Assembly (NCBI GenBank): GCA_964523885.1
Contig: CAZFYX010000039.1
Span: forward strand, 169,427-233,426
Source: an uncultured Burkholderiales bacterium
Lineage (GTDB): Bacteria; Pseudomonadota; Gammaproteobacteria; Burkholderiales; SHXO01
Direction: 5' to 3'
DNA length: 64,000 nucleotides
The notes under the pieces were generated by a model that saw only the letters and a program-made list of their open reading frames with translations, had not been told where the DNA came from and did no database searches. Positions within the stretch are counted from its first letter, which is position 1. The number at the start of each line of letters is the position of its first letter. Made by a program: the position numbers and the translations under genes. Positions 38,215 to 46,848 of the stretch are shown here, piece after piece.

Positions 38215-39111
38215 ATGACTGCCATTCCCGCCACCTCGATCGACGCCCTGATCGAGCGCTACGACGTGCTGCTGTTCGACGCGTACGGCGTCCTGGTCCA
38301 CGCCGCCGGGGCGATGCCTGGCGCCCGCGCACTGGTCGAGCAGCTGAACCGCAGCGGGAAGACCTATTTCGTCGTCACCAACGATGCCTCCAAGCTGCCG
38401 GTGACCGCCGCCGCGCGCTACGCGAAGTTCGGCGTCGCCGTCCCGCCGGAGCGTATCGTCAGCTCCGGCCAACTGGTGCAGCAGTACTTCGCCACGCACG
38501 GTCTGGACGGGGCGCGCTGCGCGGTGCTGGGCACCCGCGACAGCGTGCGCTACGTCGAGCTCGCCGGCGGGCAGCCGGTCGCGCCCGACGGCGATTTCGA
38601 GGTGCTGGTGGTGGGCGACGAGACCGGCTATCCATTCCTCGAGAGCGTGGATGCCGCCCTGACCACGCTGTTCCATCGCCTCGACGCGGGCCGCCCGGTG
38701 CACCTGCTGGTGCCCAACCCCGACCTGATCTACCCGCGCGGCACCCACAGCTTCGGCATCACGGCAGGAAGTGTCGCGCTGGTGCTGGAGGCGGCGCTCG
38801 AGCGGCGCTTCGGCGACCGGGCGCCGCGCTTCGTGCGGTTGGGCAAGCCGGCACCGCATCTGTACCACGCTGCGGTGTCCCGTGCGGGCGGCGGGCGTGC
38901 CGTGATGGTCGGCGACCAGATCGAGACCGACATCGCCGGAGCCATCGCCGCGGGCATCGACGCGGCGCTCGTCACCACCGGCGTGAGCACCGTTCCCGAC
39001 GACCTGCCCCGCCATCTGCGTCCGACCTGGCAGCTGGCCTCGGTCGCACCGGCCGGTGCCGTAGAAGCGGACGGCGGCCGCGCCGGCGCCCCGGACGAGA
39101 TCGACAAGTAG
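38215..39111 (+). CDS. HAD-IIA family hydrolase (NagD-like)
   Basis: LFDAYGVL, VVTNDAS, LGKPAP and MVGDQIETDI. Confidence 0.92.
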   Translation: MTAIPATSIDALIERYDVLLFDAYGVLVHAAGAMPGARALVEQLNRSGKTYFVVTNDASKLPVTAAARYAKFGVAVPPERIVSSGQLVQQYFATHGLDGARCAVLGTRDSVRYVELAGGQPVAPDGDFEVLVVGDETGYPFLESVDAALTTLFHRLDAGRPVHLLVPNPDLIYPRGTHSFGITAGSVALVLEAALERRFGDRAPRFVRLGKPAPHLYHAAVSRAGGGRAVMVGDQIETDIAGAIAAGIDAALVTTGVSTVPDDLPRHLRPTWQLASVAPAGAVEADGGRAGAPDEIDK

Positions 39112-39112
39112 C

Positions 39113-40285
39113 TCAGCCGCGCGGGACGAGCACCCTGCCGGAGAGCAGCGCAAGCACGCCGCACACGGCGATCACGGCGGCCATCGGCAGCGCGCTCCCG
39201 TCGTAGAGGGCGCCGACCAGGCTGCTCGCGATCCCCGCCACGCCGAACTGCAGCGTGCCGATCAGCGCGGAGGCGGTACCGGCGCGAACGCCGTGCTCGG
39301 CCAGCGCCAGTGCCTGGGAGTTGGGGAAGATCATGCCCAGGCTGGCGACATAGCCGAACAGCGGCAGAAGGATGCCGGCAAATCCGAGTCCGCCGGTGGC
39401 CACGAGGAGCAGCAGCACGACCCCGAGCGCCGCATTGACCGACGCGGCGCGATCCAGCACGGCCTGCGGTCCCATGCGCCGGAGCAATCGCCGGTTCAAC
39501 TGCGAGGCGGCGATGAGGCCGAATGCGTTGAGGCCGAACAGCCAGCCGTAGTGCTGGGCCGGCACGCCGTAGACGTCGATGAAGACCTGCGGCGAGCCGG
39601 AGATATAGGCGAACATGCCTCCCTGCGCCAGCCCGCCCGCGAGCGTGAAGCCGAGGAACCTGCGGTCGCGCAGCAGCAGCAGATAGCCCGGCAGCGCGCG
39701 CGAAAGCGCAACCGCCGCGTGCGGCGCACGGGTCTCCGGCAGCCATGCCGCCGCTGCCAGCAGGCACAGCGCACCGAACAGCGCCAGTGCCCAGAAGATC
39801 GATTGCCAGCCGAGCAGCACCAGCAGGTAGCCGCCGGCCAGCGGCGCGAGGATCGGCGCCACCCCCATCACCAGCATGATCAGGGAGAACATGCGCGCGG
39901 CCTCGTGCGCCTCGAACAGGTCGCGCACCACGGCGCGCGAGATGACGATCCCGGCACAGCAGCCGGTGGCCTGCAGGAAGCGCAGCGCCACCAGCGCATC
40001 CAGTGTCGGCGCGAGCGCGCACAGGGCGGAGGCGGCGACGAACAGGACGATGCCGGCGTACAGCGGTGGCTTGCGCCCATAGCGGTCGGCCAGGGGTCCG
40101 TAGAGCAGCTGCCCCGCAGCCAGGCCGATGAAGAACGCAGCGAGGGTCAGCTGCACCGCGCCGCCCGTCGCGCCGAACTCGCGCGCAAGCGTGGGCAGGC
40201 TCGGCAGGTACATGTCGGTGGTCATGGGCGCGAACGCGGCAAGCGCGCCAAGGACCAGCGTGAGCTGCGGGAGGCTGGGCTTCAA
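39113..40285 (-). CDS. Bcr/CflA family MFS efflux transporter
   Basis: DMYLPSLP, GPLADRYGRKP and RAVVRDLF. Confidence 0.93.
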   Translation of the reverse strand: MKPSLPQLTLVLGALAAFAPMTTDMYLPSLPTLAREFGATGGAVQLTLAAFFIGLAAGQLLYGPLADRYGRKPPLYAGIVLFVAASALCALAPTLDALVALRFLQATGCCAGIVISRAVVRDLFEAHEAARMFSLIMLVMGVAPILAPLAGGYLLVLLGWQSIFWALALFGALCLLAAAAWLPETRAPHAAVALSRALPGYLLLLRDRRFLGFTLAGGLAQGGMFAYISGSPQVFIDVYGVPAQHYGWLFGLNAFGLIAASQLNRRLLRRMGPQAVLDRAASVNAALGVVLLLLVATGGLGFAGILLPLFGYVASLGMIFPNSQALALAEHGVRAGTASALIGTLQFGVAGIASSLVGALYDGSALPMAAVIAVCGVLALLSGRVLVPRG

Positions 40286-40289
40286 CGGC

Positions 40290-41606
40290 TCAGTTCAGCA
40301 GCGCCGCCGGCAGCCAGGTCGCAATCCCCGGCAGCAGCATGACCAGCACCAGCATCGCCAGGCCCATAAGCACGTAGGGCAACACCGCGTGGAAGATCTG
40401 GCCCATGGTGATCTGCTTCGGCGCCACGCCGCGCATCGTGAACAGCAGCATGCCGAACGGCGGCGTGAGCAGGCCCAGCTGCATGCAGATCAGATACATC
40501 ACCCCGAACCACAGCGGATCGAAGCCGAAGTGCTGCACCAGCGGCATGTAGAACGGCAGCGTGATGAGCATCATGCTGACCTGGTCGATGAAGCAGCCCA
40601 GCACCAGCAGGATGCCCATCATGCCGAGCAGCACACCCCAGGGCGGCAGCGCCGCATCCTGCACCAGTGCAACCAGGCCGTTGGTGGCGCCCGAGAAGGA
40701 CAGCACCTGCGAGAAGGTGGTGGCGCCGACGATGATGAACAGGATCACGCCGGAGATCGCCGCGGTGCCCAGAAGGGACTTCATCAGGCTGTCGAAGGTA
40801 AGCGCCCGGTAGGCCACGGCCACGACCAGCGTGGCGAGCGCGCCGAGCGCGGCCGACTCGGTCGGCGTCGCCCAGCCGGCCGACATCGCCATCACCACGG
40901 CGACGAAGATCAGCACCAGCGGCGTGACGTGCACCAGGAGGGGCCGCCAGCGCGCCCAGCCGCGCGCGCGCTCCTGCTCGAACGCAGGCGCGAGTGCCGG
41001 ATCCAGCCGTGCGCGCGTGACGATGTAGGCGACGAACATCAGCGAGAGCAGGATGCCGGGCACCACCCCCGCGATCAGCAGGCCGGCGATGGAGATGCCG
41101 GCGAGGCTGCCCAGCAGCACCGTCAATGCCGAGGGCGGGATGAGCATGTCCACCCCGCCGATGGCCATGATCGGACCCATCGCCATCGACGGGTGGTAGC
41201 CACGCTTGAGCATCTGCGGCAGCAGCAGGCTGCCCAGCAGTGCGGTGGTCGCGACCGTCGATCCGGAGATGGCCGAGAACACCGTGCCGGCCACGATCGC
41301 GATCACCGCGAGCCTTCCCGGCACCTTCCAGATCACGTTGTCGAAGGCGTCAATCGCCCGCATGGCGATGCCGGTGTGGAACAGCACCTCGCCCATCAGC
41401 ACGAAGAACGGGATCGGGGTGAGCGAGAAGTTGGTGATCGAGGCCACGCCGTTGCGCACCACCTGCATCAGCCCGGCCTCACCGCCGAGGAAGAACACCG
41501 CGCCGACCAGGTTGATGGCGAGGAACGCGAAGGCGGCCGGCACCCCGACCAGCAGCAGCACGGTGAGCAGCCCGAACAGCAGGCCGAGGGTCTCCCACCA
41601 CTCCAT
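40290..41606 (-). CDS. dctM: TRAP transporter large permease
   Basis: PIPFFVLMGE, FSAISGSTVA, LIPPS and GLLTPPFG. Confidence 0.93.
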   Translation of the reverse strand: MEWWETLGLLFGLLTVLLLVGVPAAFAFLAINLVGAVFFLGGEAGLMQVVRNGVASITNFSLTPIPFFVLMGEVLFHTGIAMRAIDAFDNVIWKVPGRLAVIAIVAGTVFSAISGSTVATTALLGSLLLPQMLKRGYHPSMAMGPIMAIGGVDMLIPPSALTVLLGSLAGISIAGLLIAGVVPGILLSLMFVAYIVTRARLDPALAPAFEQERARGWARWRPLLVHVTPLVLIFVAVVMAMSAGWATPTESAALGALATLVVAVAYRALTFDSLMKSLLGTAAISGVILFIIVGATTFSQVLSFSGATNGLVALVQDAALPPWGVLLGMMGILLVLGCFIDQVSMMLITLPFYMPLVQHFGFDPLWFGVMYLICMQLGLLTPPFGMLLFTMRGVAPKQITMGQIFHAVLPYVLMGLAMLVLVMLLPGIATWLPAALLN

Positions 41607-41607
41607 C

Positions 41608-42108
41608 TCAGCGGGTCTCTTCCTCGAGCCCCGCGACCACCGGCGCGGCGTGACCGCCCGGCCGCAGCAGCCGGCGCAGGCACTCGACCGCCAGCAGCCC
41701 GAAGCACAGTGGCACCGGCACGAACAGCCACCACTCGGGGAACACCAGGCTCTTGATGACCAGGGCGCCGGACTCGCGGGCGTCGAGAATGACGGCAACG
41801 GCGTACCAGGCGATCACTGCGCTGACGACCAGTCCGAACCCCGCGGCGATCCGATCGATCACCGCCATGCGTGCCGGCGACAGCGTGGCGCCCAGGATGT
41901 CCAGGCGGATGTGCTCGTTGCGGTACATCAGCCAGGGCGCCGCGAGGAAGGTCGCCAGCGGCAGCATGTACTCGGTGATCTCGACGATCCACGGTAGGCT
42001 GTGAGCACCGAGGTTGCGCAGGATGACGTCGTAGCAGACCAGCAGGACGACCAGCCCGAGCAGGATCGCGGCGGCGGCGCCGCAGGCGTTGATGAGGCGG
42101 GGGTACAT
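41608..42108 (-). CDS. dctQ: TRAP transporter small permease
   Basis: Four TM helices, EHIRLD and position between dctP and dctM. Confidence 0.9.
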   Translation of the reverse strand: MYPRLINACGAAAAILLGLVVLLVCYDVILRNLGAHSLPWIVEITEYMLPLATFLAAPWLMYRNEHIRLDILGATLSPARMAVIDRIAAGFGLVVSAVIAWYAVAVILDARESGALVIKSLVFPEWWLFVPVPLCFGLLAVECLRRLLRPGGHAAPVVAGLEEETR

Positions 42109-42115
42109 TCGTATC

Positions 42116-42205
42116 AGGCTCCAGGCTCTAGGCGCTAGACGCCAGAGGCTTTGCTGCAGCGCTGCGCGCAGCGCCCGACATCTGGCGTCTGGAGCCTGGG
42201 GCCTA
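42116..42205. repeat. REP-like palindrome with 7-bp periodic arms (family B, copy 2)
   Basis: aggctccaggctctaggcgctagacgccag ... ctggcgtctggagcctggggccta; shares the loop motif gcgcgcagcg with 1713-1805. Confidence 0.8.
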
Positions 42206-43186
42206 TTTTTTGGCAAGCATCTGCTTGAGCTTCGCCCCATGCACCGGGCTGGCCTTGATCACGCCGTCCCACGCGGTCTCGTAGGCGATCTGCAGGAACA
42301 GCTTCGCCTGCGCGTCGTCTAGCTTGATGACCTCGATGCCGGCGGCGCGCTGGCGCCTGTCCTCTGCCGCGCCGTCGCCCGGATAGCTCGCGTTCAGGCT
42401 CTCGAGCCAGGCGGCCTCCTTCTCCAGGAACTGGCGCTGCTGGGGCGTGAGCTTCTGCCAGCTCCTGGCGTTGAAGATCACCGACAGCTCGATGTTGTAG
42501 AAGCCGGGATCGATCCGGTACTTGGTCTTCTCCTGCCAGCCGAGGTCGAAGATCCCGATCAGCGGCCAGCCGTAGCCGTCCACCACGCCGCGGTCGAGCG
42601 CGGTATACACCTCACCCGGTGCAACCTGCACCACGCTGGCGCCCAGCTTCTGGAAGAAGTCCCGGTAGATCGGCGCGATGCGCAGCTTGAGCCCGGTCAG
42701 GTCGGCGGAGGTGACCTTCTTGTTCGAGTAGATGTGGTACGGGATGCCTTCGCCGGTGCGGGCGAAGATGTACAGGCCCTTCTCGATGAAAATCTTGTTC
42801 AGGTAGTCGATCGTGCCGTTGCGGCGCAGCTCGGCCATGCCCGCGTCGGTGTAGTTGAGCACCAGCCCTTCGGGCACGATGCCGGCCGTGAACGACATGG
42901 TGGTGTTGGCCAGGTCCACCACGCCGTTGCGCAGCGCGTTGGCCAGCTCGAAGGTGGGGATGCTCTTGGGACCGCCCACGTACTGGATCTTCACCAGCCC
43001 CTTGCCTTCGGCGTTCACCTTGTCGATGAACTTCTCGAAGTTCTTCGCGTAGTAGGACGCCTCGGGGAAGGCGTTCGCGGCCTTGAGCGTGACTTCCTGC
43101 GCGCGCGCCAGGCCGGCCGCGGCGAGCAGGAGTGCGACGCCGAACGCGGCGCGGGCAAAGCGACCCCGGTGGAGGGTTGAGAGCAT
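42203..43186 (-). CDS. dctP: TRAP transporter substrate-binding protein
   Basis: Signal peptide, DLTGLKLRIAP and GEVYTALDRGVVDG. Confidence 0.93.
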   Translation of the reverse strand: MLSTLHRGRFARAAFGVALLLAAAGLARAQEVTLKAANAFPEASYYAKNFEKFIDKVNAEGKGLVKIQYVGGPKSIPTFELANALRNGVVDLANTTMSFTAGIVPEGLVLNYTDAGMAELRRNGTIDYLNKIFIEKGLYIFARTGEGIPYHIYSNKKVTSADLTGLKLRIAPIYRDFFQKLGASVVQVAPGEVYTALDRGVVDGYGWPLIGIFDLGWQEKTKYRIDPGFYNIELSVIFNARSWQKLTPQQRQFLEKEAAWLESLNASYPGDGAAEDRRQRAAGIEVIKLDDAQAKLFLQIAYETAWDGVIKASPVHGAKLKQMLAKK

Positions 43187-43209
43187 CGGTATTCCTCGTT
43201 GTTGTATTG

Positions 43210-43308
43210 ACCCATCCCCACCCTGTCCCGCCCCTTGAAGGGGAGGGAATGCGTCACACGCCGCGCAGCTCCTCCCCCTTCAAGGGGGAGGCTGGGAGGG
43301 GGATGGGT
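43210..43308. repeat. composite family A-like palindrome
   Basis: Outer inverted repeat acccatcccc/ggggatgggt with inner hairpins ccccttgaagggg and cccccttcaaggggg. Confidence 0.8.
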
Positions 43309-43333
43309 TCAGGACGATCGCCAGCCCGCGATT

Positions 43334-44614
43334 CTATTGCATCGCCATGAACGCAGCCCAGGCGCGGAACTTGTTGCGCATCAGGCGCTCGTCGGTGCCG
43401 CCCACGTCGGCCCGCTCACCGTCCTCGCCGGCGCGGCGGCCCCGCTGCAGGCTCACCCACTCGTTGCCCGGCGCCGCGAGCGCCTGCTGCATGGTCTCGA
43501 ACACGTGCACGTCGTCGTGCGCAACCACCGACATCGGGGAGAAGACGAGCCGGTTGTACATCGCGGTGCGCCGCTGCAGCGTCGCCGGCGCGCCCTTCGG
43601 CCGCAGCGCCCAGATCTCGATGAGCGTGCGATCCGCCGCCAGCGGACGGATCACGCGCAGCGTCTGCGGAGAGCTCTTCACCGCGATGCTGGGGAACAGG
43701 ATGCTGTTCTGCGGTGCGAAGGCCAGCACTTCGCGCGCGCGCTCCAGCCCGTGCGCGCGCGCCAGCGACTGCTCGTAGTCGCCGAGCGCACCGTAGGCGC
43801 TGTGGATGCTCGCCTGCGTCCCGAGGATGCTGTGGCCATTTGCGAACACGCGCCCACCCATGCGCTCGAAGAAGTCGTAGCCGGAGCCGAACGGCAGCAT
43901 CTGCTCCATGCTCATCGGCTTGACCGCGCCCGCCGGCTGCCGGTCCCAGACCGCCTGCGCCGCCTCGGCAGCCGACTGGTGCGTGGTCACCGCGTGCATG
44001 GTGTCGTTGATGTTCTCCAGGTACATCTTCCAGTTGCAGCGCATGACGCTGCGCAGGCAGCCACCGGCGATCTCCAGCTCGCCCTCGGGCGAGCGGTCGG
44101 CGAGGTTGTCCAGTGCATGCAGCACGGGCCCGAAGTACGCGTCGAACGCGGGGCCCTCGCCCAGGCGCACGAAGACGAAGCCGCGGTAGACCGTGCTGGT
44201 CACGCGCGCCAGTCCACCGGCCGCTTCGCATTCCTGCAGGCGGGTGCCGTCGTAGCCGCCGCGCAGCGGGATCGCACGGATCGAGCCGTCGAGGTTGTAG
44301 GCCCAGGCATGGTACGGACAGCGGAAGAACCGGCCGACCCGGCTGGTGGGCGCGGTGACCAGCTTCGCCCCCTTGTGCGCGCACCGGTTCATCAGCACGC
44401 CTACGCCGCCGTCGTCCCGGCGGACCATCAGCAACGGCCGGCCCGCCACTTCGGTGGCGTAGCAATCGCCGGGGCTCGGCACCTGGCTGGCGTGACCGAG
44501 GTACTGCCAGGTGCGGGCGAACAGGCGCTGCTGCTCCAGCGCGAAGATGGCAGGGCTCAGGTAGAGATCGCGGTGGACGCGGTCATCCCCGACCAGCGCG
44601 GCAACGTCGCTCAC
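43334..44614 (-). CDS. Rieske ring-hydroxylating oxygenase alpha subunit (IadD-like, by recall)
   Basis: Rieske ligands NRCAHKG...RCPYHAW; mononuclear Fe motif NWK..EN..DTMH....H; C-terminal HDD. Confidence 0.92.
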   Translation of the reverse strand: MSDVAALVGDDRVHRDLYLSPAIFALEQQRLFARTWQYLGHASQVPSPGDCYATEVAGRPLLMVRRDDGGVGVLMNRCAHKGAKLVTAPTSRVGRFFRCPYHAWAYNLDGSIRAIPLRGGYDGTRLQECEAAGGLARVTSTVYRGFVFVRLGEGPAFDAYFGPVLHALDNLADRSPEGELEIAGGCLRSVMRCNWKMYLENINDTMHAVTTHQSAAEAAQAVWDRQPAGAVKPMSMEQMLPFGSGYDFFERMGGRVFANGHSILGTQASIHSAYGALGDYEQSLARAHGLERAREVLAFAPQNSILFPSIAVKSSPQTLRVIRPLAADRTLIEIWALRPKGAPATLQRRTAMYNRLVFSPMSVVAHDDVHVFETMQQALAAPGNEWVSLQRGRRAGEDGERADVGGTDERLMRNKFRAWAAFMAMQ

Positions 44615-45120
44615 CCGCGCCCCGGCTCCCGCAGCGCGGCCTCGAACACGCATGCCGCGGCCCCCTGGCTGGCGCAGGCGAGCTCGCGCACGCTCGTCGC
44701 CGATCCGGCGACGACTTCGGCCAGTGCCTGGAGCATCCCCCGGATCGGACCACACACCGGCTCGCTCGACACACCGAACCCCATGGCGAACGGACTGTTT
44801 TCCACCTGCAGCTGCAAGGCCGTGGTCGACAGCTGCAGCTGCCAGCGGCCCCAGCCCAGGTCCGCGGCGGCATCCTGCATCGCATCGAGCAGGCGCACGC
44901 GATCCCCGCCGAGGTGGGCGAGATACGCCGTCACGCTGTCGCGGCCGTGCTGCGCCACCGAGCTGGCGAAGGCATCCTGCGCATGCCTGCGCAGCAACGG
45001 ATCCATGCGGCGCATGGCGCCCATCAGCACGTCGGCGCGCAACATGAGGTAACGCCGGGCCTCGTCGCGGATCTCTCCGCGCGCGCGGTCGAAGGCGAGG
45101 CGATCGGCGAGCCGCGTCAC
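44611..45120 (-). CDS. stand-alone V4R (vinyl-4-reductase) domain protein
   Basis: LGWG.W...ENSPFA...PVC..RGML..LA.V.......E..C...G...C.F pattern; overlaps both neighbours by 4 nt. Confidence 0.8.
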   Translation of the reverse strand: MTRLADRLAFDRARGEIRDEARRYLMLRADVLMGAMRRMDPLLRRHAQDAFASSVAQHGRDSVTAYLAHLGGDRVRLLDAMQDAAADLGWGRWQLQLSTTALQLQVENSPFAMGFGVSSEPVCGPIRGMLQALAEVVAGSATSVRELACASQGAAACVFEAALREPGRG

Positions 45121-46697
45121 ACCGTGCCCTGCGTACGGGGCAGCGGCAACGCCAGTGCCTGCATTGCCGCCGTCAACGCGCAGCCGTCCTCGTCCTGCAG
45201 CGCCGCCTCGCGCAGTCGGCGCAACGCCGGCGCGGCATCGGACGAGCCGCTCAGGCGATCGGCAGCGGCCATCAAGGCGTCGAAGCTGCGCCGTCCGCGC
45301 TCCCAGGTCTCGCTGTAACCCTTGAGCACGCGCGCCGACTCGGCCACCTCGCACGCGAGCGCATAGTCGATGCTGCCGATCCGCTCGATCCGCGCCAGCC
45401 AGGCGTCGATGTCGCGCATCTCGTCCGCATAGCGCAGCGTGCGGCGGCGGTAGCCGCGCAGCTGGCCCAGCGTCCACAGCAGCACGAACCCGGGAAGCGA
45501 CGTGGTGCGCAGGAAGCGCCCCCTGGCGAACAGGCCTCCGACCAGGTTGCGCGCCCAGGTGGTGGCGAGCAGCCAGCGGCCGAGCCCCGCCGGCAGGGTG
45601 TCGGCGAGCTCCCGCACGCGCGGGTGCAGGAAGTCGGTCACGTTGACGATCTGCCCCGGCTCCGCGCGGACCTCGCTGCGGAAGCGTTCGAAGCGGGTGC
45701 CGCGGGTCTTGAGGTCGGCGACCCGCAGCGTGTCCTCGTAAGCCATGCGCAATGCCAGGTAACGCGCGGTCACGACGGTCAACCGCCACTGCGCCCCGGC
45801 CATGCCCGCGCGCGCATCCATGGTTCGCACCGCATCCATGCGCCGCAGGTAGTCTGCCGCGTACTCGACGTCCATGTGATCGACCAGCCGACGCAGGCCC
45901 TCGATCAGGAGCGCCCGCGCCGGCTCGGGAAAGTCTGCATGGACGCGCTTCAGGAGTGCGGCGATGGCGGGATCGGCGGCCGCGACCGGAAGGGTCGGGG
46001 CCGCAGCGGGAGACTGCAGCGGGTCGCCGTCTTGCTGCGCGCGCTCGAACGCCCCGGCGAACGCCTTCAGGCTCGCCTCGACCCCGACGCCGCCGCGCCG
46101 GATCGCCGCCTCGAAGTCGGCACGCCGGAACGGCAGCACGCCCGCGCCGGCCAGGGCACCGAACAGCGCGGCCGAGATCACGCTGCCCGCGTCCTCTGCG
46201 AGGGCCGCCATGTCGAAGGCGATGTAGCGCTGCGCCACCTCCCGGGCAGCGGCATGCACGCGCTCTGGATCGGCGATGCCGCTGCCCATGGCCGATTTCT
46301 CGAGGATCGCGTACGAGCGATGCGACGATGCGATCAGGGTCGTTCGATCGGGCGTTACCAACCCGCGCTGCATCGCCCGGCCTGCTTCCATCAGTTCGGC
46401 AGCGATCACGACGTCCACATCACCGGAGGTCGGCATGAGCGCCAACACCGGCACGCGACCGTCCGCTGGCGATGGGAACAGCTCGGCGTAGTAGATGGTG
46501 GCGCCGGTGCGCTGGGCCACGCCGGGGACCGAGGTCGTCTGCACCAGCCAGCCGGCGTGCTCGGCGAGGTCGACGAGCCAGTCGGCGAGCACGCCGCCGC
46601 CCTGTCCGCCGAGGGCCAGGATGGCGATGGAGATGCGGCGCCTGGCGTCCTCGGCGTCGACGGGAGAGCGCTGCGGTGAGAGTGACGTGGCAGCCAT
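45117..46697 (-). CDS. iorB: indolepyruvate oxidoreductase beta-family protein (long form with DUF6537-like C-terminus)
   Basis: ILALGGQGGGVL, TSVPGVAQRTGATIYY and MAYED..RVADLK. Confidence 0.9.
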   Translation of the reverse strand: MAATSLSPQRSPVDAEDARRRISIAILALGGQGGGVLADWLVDLAEHAGWLVQTTSVPGVAQRTGATIYYAELFPSPADGRVPVLALMPTSGDVDVVIAAELMEAGRAMQRGLVTPDRTTLIASSHRSYAILEKSAMGSGIADPERVHAAAREVAQRYIAFDMAALAEDAGSVISAALFGALAGAGVLPFRRADFEAAIRRGGVGVEASLKAFAGAFERAQQDGDPLQSPAAAPTLPVAAADPAIAALLKRVHADFPEPARALLIEGLRRLVDHMDVEYAADYLRRMDAVRTMDARAGMAGAQWRLTVVTARYLALRMAYEDTLRVADLKTRGTRFERFRSEVRAEPGQIVNVTDFLHPRVRELADTLPAGLGRWLLATTWARNLVGGLFARGRFLRTTSLPGFVLLWTLGQLRGYRRRTLRYADEMRDIDAWLARIERIGSIDYALACEVAESARVLKGYSETWERGRRSFDALMAAADRLSGSSDAAPALRRLREAALQDEDGCALTAAMQALALPLPRTQGTV

Positions 46698-46705
46698 GCC
46701 GGCTT

Positions 46706-46806
46706 ACCCCTCGCCCTGCCCCTCTCCCGCGAGGGGAGAGTCGAACGATGCCGCGGTGTCGAGCAACTCTCCCTCTCCCTTGACGGGAGAGGGCCGGGGT
46801 GAGGGT
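46706..46806. repeat. composite family A palindrome between iorA and iorB
   Basis: cccctctcccgcgaggggagag and ccctctcccttgacgggagagggccggggtgagggt; outer ends are complementary. Confidence 0.85.
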
Positions 46807-46848
46807 GACGCCAGCGTCATGCGATCCCGCCCGCGCGATGGGTTCGTG

